From assembly GCA_965197905.1 (NCBI GenBank), contig CBDAOB010000002.1:352001-416000 (forward strand): a stretch of DNA of 64,000 nt. The letters run 5' to 3'. Each line of letters opens with the position of its first letter. The first letter of the stretch is position 1. The notes below the pieces were generated by a model. That model was given only the letters and a program-made list of their open reading frames with translations, was not told the DNA's origin and did not search any database. The position numbers and the translations under genes were made by a program. The DNA is from Candidatus Latescibacterota bacterium (GTDB lineage Bacteria; Latescibacterota; UBA2968; UBA8231). Of the stretch, positions 59,456 to 64,000 are shown in pieces.

Positions 59456-60289
59456 TCATTGCCCAGCTTCATCGCTGGGTATCGGCCTCTCGGCCAGAAA
59501 GAAATGCTCCAGGAAGATGTTGACCTGCTCCACCGCCGCCCTGGCGTGCCCCAGGTCGAACCCCGCTGGATTCTCCAGGTACCCGGCGATGACGCCAAAC
59601 GGCTGAACGAGATCGGAACGCATGCGCGCGAACATTTCCTCCTGGATGTCGGAGTGGGTTCGAGCGGCATCTGCCTGAGACGTGGTATCCCGCAGCAGAA
59701 TCATGATTCCCGGACCGTGCGCCAGCTCGCAAGCGTGCATGGTTACTTCCAATGGAAACGGCTTTTTGCGTGAGAAGGTTACTTCCGGGAAACCTTGTAG
59801 GACGATCAGCGGATCGAAACCGGTCAGGTCGGCGAAAACGGTGCTGTCCAACGTCGAATCCTCGACGCCGAGCCAGCTCCTGGCCAGGCTGTTGGTGGCC
59901 TCCAGGCCTCCCTCCGCATTGAGCATGATCAACCCCAGCGGCAGGCCGCCCAGAAAATCTTCGAGGCTGGCGCTGGAGCGCAGAGACCCCGTGTTGGCCG
60001 GAACCTGTGTAACCAGGTTTTCGATGGTGGTCGACAAGTGTTGCAGATCGAACATGAAACCCCGTTGACCGGCGGACTTCATGTAGCCGCTCTGGCATAA
60101 GCCGTTGAGCGCCTCGACGGTCTCCGGTCTCGGCATGCCCAACCGCAAGCCCACCCCTTGGAAGTCGTCGTCCAGGAACGGGTTGGCGAGGAACTCACGC
60201 ATAATCTTGCACTCCGCCTCGGCAAGCGGTTGACCGGTAGGTACCGGCAACTCCGCCAGCAGCGAATCCGCGCTCGAATCCGTGTACAT
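59456..60289 (-). CDS. wHTH-PAS protein with degenerate HisKA-like tail
   Basis: N-terminal FLANPF...LRLGMPRPETVEALNGLCQSGY, PAS-like LPLGLIMLNAEG..TNSLARSWLG...LLRDTT, tail RSDLVQPFGVIAGYLE. Confidence 0.6.
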   Translation of the reverse strand: MYTDSSADSLLAELPVPTGQPLAEAECKIMREFLANPFLDDDFQGVGLRLGMPRPETVEALNGLCQSGYMKSAGQRGFMFDLQHLSTTIENLVTQVPANTGSLRSSASLEDFLGGLPLGLIMLNAEGGLEATNSLARSWLGVEDSTLDSTVFADLTGFDPLIVLQGFPEVTFSRKKPFPLEVTMHACELAHGPGIMILLRDTTSQADAARTHSDIQEEMFARMRSDLVQPFGVIAGYLENPAGFDLGHARAAVEQVNIFLEHFFLAERPIPSDEAGQ

Positions 60290-60374
60290 ACGAGCCCCTT
60301 TGCGAATCTTGAAAGGGAGATCTACCAAGGGAATGTGGGAAGGGGGGAAGCTCAGATTTTATAAAGCGTTACCG

Positions 60375-60403
60375 AATATAAAAAGTGCCAGGGCAATATG
60401 CAA
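60375..60403 (-). promoter_or_regulatory. Sigma70 promoter for the wHTH-PAS operon
   Basis: Minus strand TTGCAT-17-TATATT. Confidence 0.55.
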
Positions 60404-60666
60404 GATGGCGTTTTTTCCCCCGCCCGACTTTCGGACTCTACAGGCGACGGTGTGGTCGGCGTAGGCCTGTCGGGCAAGGAACGGGACGGCTGCCTGGTCT
60501 CGTTTTTGCGGCTTTAATTCAGCGGAATGGTCCGGATAGGATCATAACATATTGTATATAAACGAGTTATGTGAAATACGTGAGCGCCGCATCAACTCCC
60601 GAATGAGAAGATTTTGCGGTAGCGGGGGAAAACAGTGCGGAATGAGCTAGAGAGGAGGATAGGAAA

Positions 60667-61704
60667 ATGGAAGTCTACAGCAAGGAAGAGATAAAGAGAG
60701 AGGCGGAGGAGGAGGAGCTCAGCCCGCAGGAAAAGGCAGCTATTTTGATGGTCGCCCTCGGTGAGGAAAGCGCTGGTGAGGTGATGAAATACCTCGCGGA
60801 CTACGAGATCGAAGACCTCACCCAAACCATCACCCAGCTCAAACACCTACCCGTCGAGCTGCAGGACAACGTTCTGGAAGAATTCGAACAGCATCTCCTG
60901 GCCGGGGCCTGGCTCAGTCAGGGCGGCGTCGACTTCGCCCGCTCAGCCCTCGAGCGCGCCGTAGGCCCCCGCCGCGCTCAGGAGATTCTCGATCGTATAG
61001 CGAGCACGGTAACCTCGGGGTTCTACATGCTCAAGAACGTCCCGCCCGAACAGATCGCCCCATTCATTTCCAACGAACACCCGCAAACCATTGCCTTGAT
61101 TCTGTCCCAGTTGGAACCGGCACAGAGCGCGGGTATCCTCGCCCAGCTGTCGGAACGAACGCAAGCTGAAGTGGCGTACCGGATTGCCACCATGGACAAC
61201 ATCACACCCAGCGTCATTAATCAGATCGAGGAGAGCCTGCAGACCAACCTGAAGGACATCCTAGGCGGTCACAAGGACGTGGGCGGACCGAAAATCGTTG
61301 CCGACATCCTCAACCTCACCGGCACCAGCGTCGAGAAACATGTCCTGGACAAGATCGACGCCCAGGATCCGGAGACCGCCGAGGTCGTGCGCAACATGAT
61401 GTTCGTGTTCGAAGACCTGATCACCTTGACGGACCGCGAGATTCAGATATTGCTGCGGGAGGTCGACCAGAAGGACCTGGTGATCGCCATGAAAGCAGCC
61501 AGCGAGGAGTTGAAGGAAAAGATCCTCGTCAACATGTCCGACCGAATCCGCACCTTCATGCAGGAGGAAATGGACTTCATGGGACCGATGCGGCTGCGCG
61601 AGGTGGAAGATGTCCAACTGCGCATCGTGCAGAAAGCACGGCAGCTCGAGGATCAGGGCCAGCTCAACATCGTCCGCGGTCATGCGGAAGACACCTTCGT
61701 GTAG
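60667..61704 (+). CDS. fliG: Flagellar motor switch protein FliG (orphan)
   Basis: KAAILMVALG, EHPQTIALILS, GG linker, MFVFEDL, NMSDR...EEMDFMGPMRLREVE. Confidence 0.95.
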   Translation: MEVYSKEEIKREAEEEELSPQEKAAILMVALGEESAGEVMKYLADYEIEDLTQTITQLKHLPVELQDNVLEEFEQHLLAGAWLSQGGVDFARSALERAVGPRRAQEILDRIASTVTSGFYMLKNVPPEQIAPFISNEHPQTIALILSQLEPAQSAGILAQLSERTQAEVAYRIATMDNITPSVINQIEESLQTNLKDILGGHKDVGGPKIVADILNLTGTSVEKHVLDKIDAQDPETAEVVRNMMFVFEDLITLTDREIQILLREVDQKDLVIAMKAASEELKEKILVNMSDRIRTFMQEEMDFMGPMRLREVEDVQLRIVQKARQLEDQGQLNIVRGHAEDTFV

Positions 61705-61720
61705 GGGTGGAGAAGACCGC

Positions 61721-62152
61721 TTACGCCCGATCCTCCGCGGCGTAGGTTTCAACCCTTAAACTGAAGGGATCGTCCTCAGTCTCCAGTCGCACCACCACCA
61801 CAGTCTCTCCGTCGATGCGGACCGTCGCCTTGCGGCGAATGCGGTCGTCCGCAGAAATCTGAAAGGCGAGATCGAACTCGACCTCCGTATCTGCCGGCAG
61901 CACACCCGCTGAGATATCGCGTCGCTCCCCCACACCCACGAGGCTGCGCACGATGCCCGGGTCACGGCTGGTGAAACTGTCCACAAAGGCCACCTCAACC
62001 AGGTAGGGCGTCAGATTCTCCATGAAGACCCGCCCCGATTCTGGCTGCCCTGACCCATCCGGACTTTCTTCGGGATCATCCGGCGCCACTGGGCTTTTGT
62101 CGCCAGCACACGCGAGCAGGACACAGGCGACAAGCAGTGCCAACGATTTCAC
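61721..62152 (-). CDS. Hypothetical lipoprotein
   Basis: GTG start overlapping the selA stop (GTGA), lipobox LLAC. Confidence 0.7.
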   Translation of the reverse strand: MKSLALLVACVLLACAGDKSPVAPDDPEESPDGSGQPESGRVFMENLTPYLVEVAFVDSFTSRDPGIVRSLVGVGERRDISAGVLPADTEVEFDLAFQISADDRIRRKATVRIDGETVVVVRLETEDDPFSLRVETYAAEDRA

Positions 62153-63555
62153 CTTTGCTCCTCCGCAATGGAGTTCAGACTGCTTGCGATCAGAGTGAGC
62201 TGGCTGTCGCTCACCGTGCACATATCGAGATACAGCCGGTCCCGCTGAATCCTGCCCACGACCGGGAGCGCACCGGTTCGCAACAGCCGGGCAAGCCCTT
62301 CCACGGAGCAGAAGTCGGGGCATAGCGTGATGGAGTAGCTGGGAATCTCCTCCAACGGCAGCGCCCCGCTTCCAACCTGCGCCACGGAGTCCTCCAGTCG
62401 CGGGTTCAGCAGGTTGGCCGTCGACTCAGACAACATCGCGACCAGTCGTTCGCCGCGAGCTTTTACCGTGCCGGCCGGCGCGCTCATCATGTTCAACACC
62501 GGATGCAGCTCCGCCAATTTTGCGGGCGCCAGAAAGAAAAGCCTGAGGCAAGCTTCCAGCGCGGCAAGGGTGAGTTTGTCACAACGCAACGCCCGCATCA
62601 GCGGATCACCTTTGAGTTGCTCGACACATGAGCGCGATCCGACGATCAGACCCGACTGCGGTCCTCCAAGTATCTTGTCTCCGCTGAAGGTTACCAGGTC
62701 AACACCGGCAGCGAGACTCTCCGCGACAACCGGTTCGGAGGGCAGACCCCAGATTTTCAGATCGACCAGCACGCCACCTCCGAGATCGTGCACTACGGGC
62801 ACCTGGGCTTTTCGCCCCAAAGCGACCAACTGCTCGAGTTCCACGCTGGCGGTGAATCCCTTGACTTGGTAGTTGCTCGGGTGGACCACTAGAATCATCG
62901 CCGTGTCCAGGCTGAGTGCCTCAGCGTAGTCGTTGAGGTGAGTGCGATTGGTGGTACCTACCTCCCGAATGCGCGCACCGCTGGAAGTGATGATCTCAGG
63001 TATGCGGAAGGAACCGCCGATCTCGATGAGCTCCCCGCGGGAAACCAGAACCTCGCGTCCCCTGGACAGGCTATTCAACGCCAGCAGGACCGCTGCTGCG
63101 TTGTTGTTGACCACGATGGCTGCTTCGGCGCCCGCCAAGCGGCAGACCATCTCCTCCACGTGGTCGAGACGGGAACCCCGGTCGCCCCGGGCTAGATCGA
63201 TCTCGAGATTACAATACCCTTCGGCTACGGTCGCCAGTGTTTCCCGCGCTGCCGCAGGCAGCGGCGCGCGGCCGAGTCCAGTATGGAGAATGACCCCGGT
63301 GGCGTTGATGACCGGCCGCAGACGAGGTTGGTCTGCTCCAGCGATCCGAGCTCTCAGCTCTAGGGCCACCCGCTCCGGCAGCGCGACCGGGTCGGCGGCG
63401 ATACCTCCCTGGCGAATCTGGTCGCGCCAAGCGGTCAGGATGAGGCGTATCTGACTGACCACGAACTCGCGGTCATAGCGCTCCAGCAATTCTAGAGTTA
63501 TCGCTTCTTGCAAAACCGCGTCGACAGAAGGTAAGTCCCGTGCTATCAAAGACAT
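62149..63555 (-). CDS. selA: L-seryl-tRNA(Sec) selenium transferase
   Basis: VINATGVILHTGLGRA, VVNNNAAAV, SRGELIEIGGSFRIP, FSGDKILGGPQ. Confidence 0.97.
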   Translation of the reverse strand: MSLIARDLPSVDAVLQEAITLELLERYDREFVVSQIRLILTAWRDQIRQGGIAADPVALPERVALELRARIAGADQPRLRPVINATGVILHTGLGRAPLPAAARETLATVAEGYCNLEIDLARGDRGSRLDHVEEMVCRLAGAEAAIVVNNNAAAVLLALNSLSRGREVLVSRGELIEIGGSFRIPEIITSSGARIREVGTTNRTHLNDYAEALSLDTAMILVVHPSNYQVKGFTASVELEQLVALGRKAQVPVVHDLGGGVLVDLKIWGLPSEPVVAESLAAGVDLVTFSGDKILGGPQSGLIVGSRSCVEQLKGDPLMRALRCDKLTLAALEACLRLFFLAPAKLAELHPVLNMMSAPAGTVKARGERLVAMLSESTANLLNPRLEDSVAQVGSGALPLEEIPSYSITLCPDFCSVEGLARLLRTGALPVVGRIQRDRLYLDMCTVSDSQLTLIASSLNSIAEEQR

Positions 63556-63707
63556 ACCGAGGAGTATACAGCGCCGGTCTGGTCCCGGCAAGTAAGGATC
63601 GGCAGGCCCAGAAAGGGGCGCAAAAAATCCGACTTTACCCTTTCTGCCTATCGGCTTATCTTTCTGAATACCCCATCCCTGCTTAGACCTATCTCCTTGT
63701 AAAATCT

Positions 63708-64000
63708 ATGCATTCCGTCAATAAAGGCGGATTCGTGTCCGCTCTGGCGGGCATTTGCCTGTCCGCCTTTCTGAGTGTCAGCCCGTGCTTGGGCTCGGTT
63801 CACGTCGTGCGCCCTGGCGACACCCTGAGCGAGCTTGCCGCCCACTTCGGTGTTTCTACACAACAGCTGCGCCAATGGAACGGCCTGAGGGGTGACCGCA
63901 TATACCCCGGCCAACGGTTGACAATCACTGTTGACGAAGCGCGGTATGTCGTGCGAAAAGGGGACAGCCTGTCTCGAATCGCCACCCGATACGGCATCTC
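63708..64000 (+). CDS. LysM-repeat secreted protein (partial, runs off the window)
   Basis: Manual translation: signal peptide, HVVRPGDTLSELAAHFGVSTQQLRQWNGL..DRIYPGQRL, then YVVRKGDSLSRIATRYGI. Confidence 0.9.
   Translation, partial: MHSVNKGGFVSALAGICLSAFLSVSPCLGSVHVVRPGDTLSELAAHFGVSTQQLRQWNGLRGDRIYPGQRLTITVDEARYVVRKGDSLSRIATRYGI

Noticed and set aside
60375..60392. Sigma54 promoter (TGGCAC on the minus strand)
   Set aside because: There is no TTGC at the -12 position, and a sigma70 reading fits better.
62149..63555. Selenoprotein UGA read-through in nearby genes, given selA
   Set aside because: The split genes here are explained by frameshifts, not in-frame TGA at Cys-equivalent positions.

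Overview
This is a 64-kb bacterial genomic window of roughly 58-60% GC (estimated by eye). A T9SS translocon SprA, a FlgD/T9SS-CTD cargo protein and an ASPIC/UnbV FG-GAP protein suggest an FCB-superphylum organism, plausibly Latescibacterota-like (inference). The left part (1-28.7 kb) is accessory. It holds secreted repeat proteins, two MFS/spermidine-synthase-like genes (one disrupted), a lone RND permease and a co-oriented run of small detox/modification enzymes that decays into gene fragments. It also holds a complete 2,195-bp IS1595-family element (10986-13180, 23-bp perfect TIRs, 7/8 TSD) with AT-rich passenger genes. The right part is more core-like: M16C peptidase, anmK, envelope-modification genes, a porin/FMN-binding operon divergent from feoAB with shared palindromic operators, dprA, obgE, coaD, pilM-like genes, comEA, sprA, lptFG, an orphan fliG, selA and a partial LysM gene. 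The best novelty candidate is the IS-borne two-gene module (small DUF5678-like gene plus retropepsin-like aspartyl protease) with toxin-antitoxin-like promoter architecture, whose protease is frameshifted by a 22-bp tandem duplication. Other candidates are a wHTH-PAS-degenerate-DHp pseudokinase with a helical partner divergent from the orphan fliG, and the putative flavin-based iron-reduction operon. Several +1 frameshifts fall in short homopolymers and may be assembly errors. No rRNA, tRNA or CRISPR array was seen. Family names come from motif recognition, not database searches.
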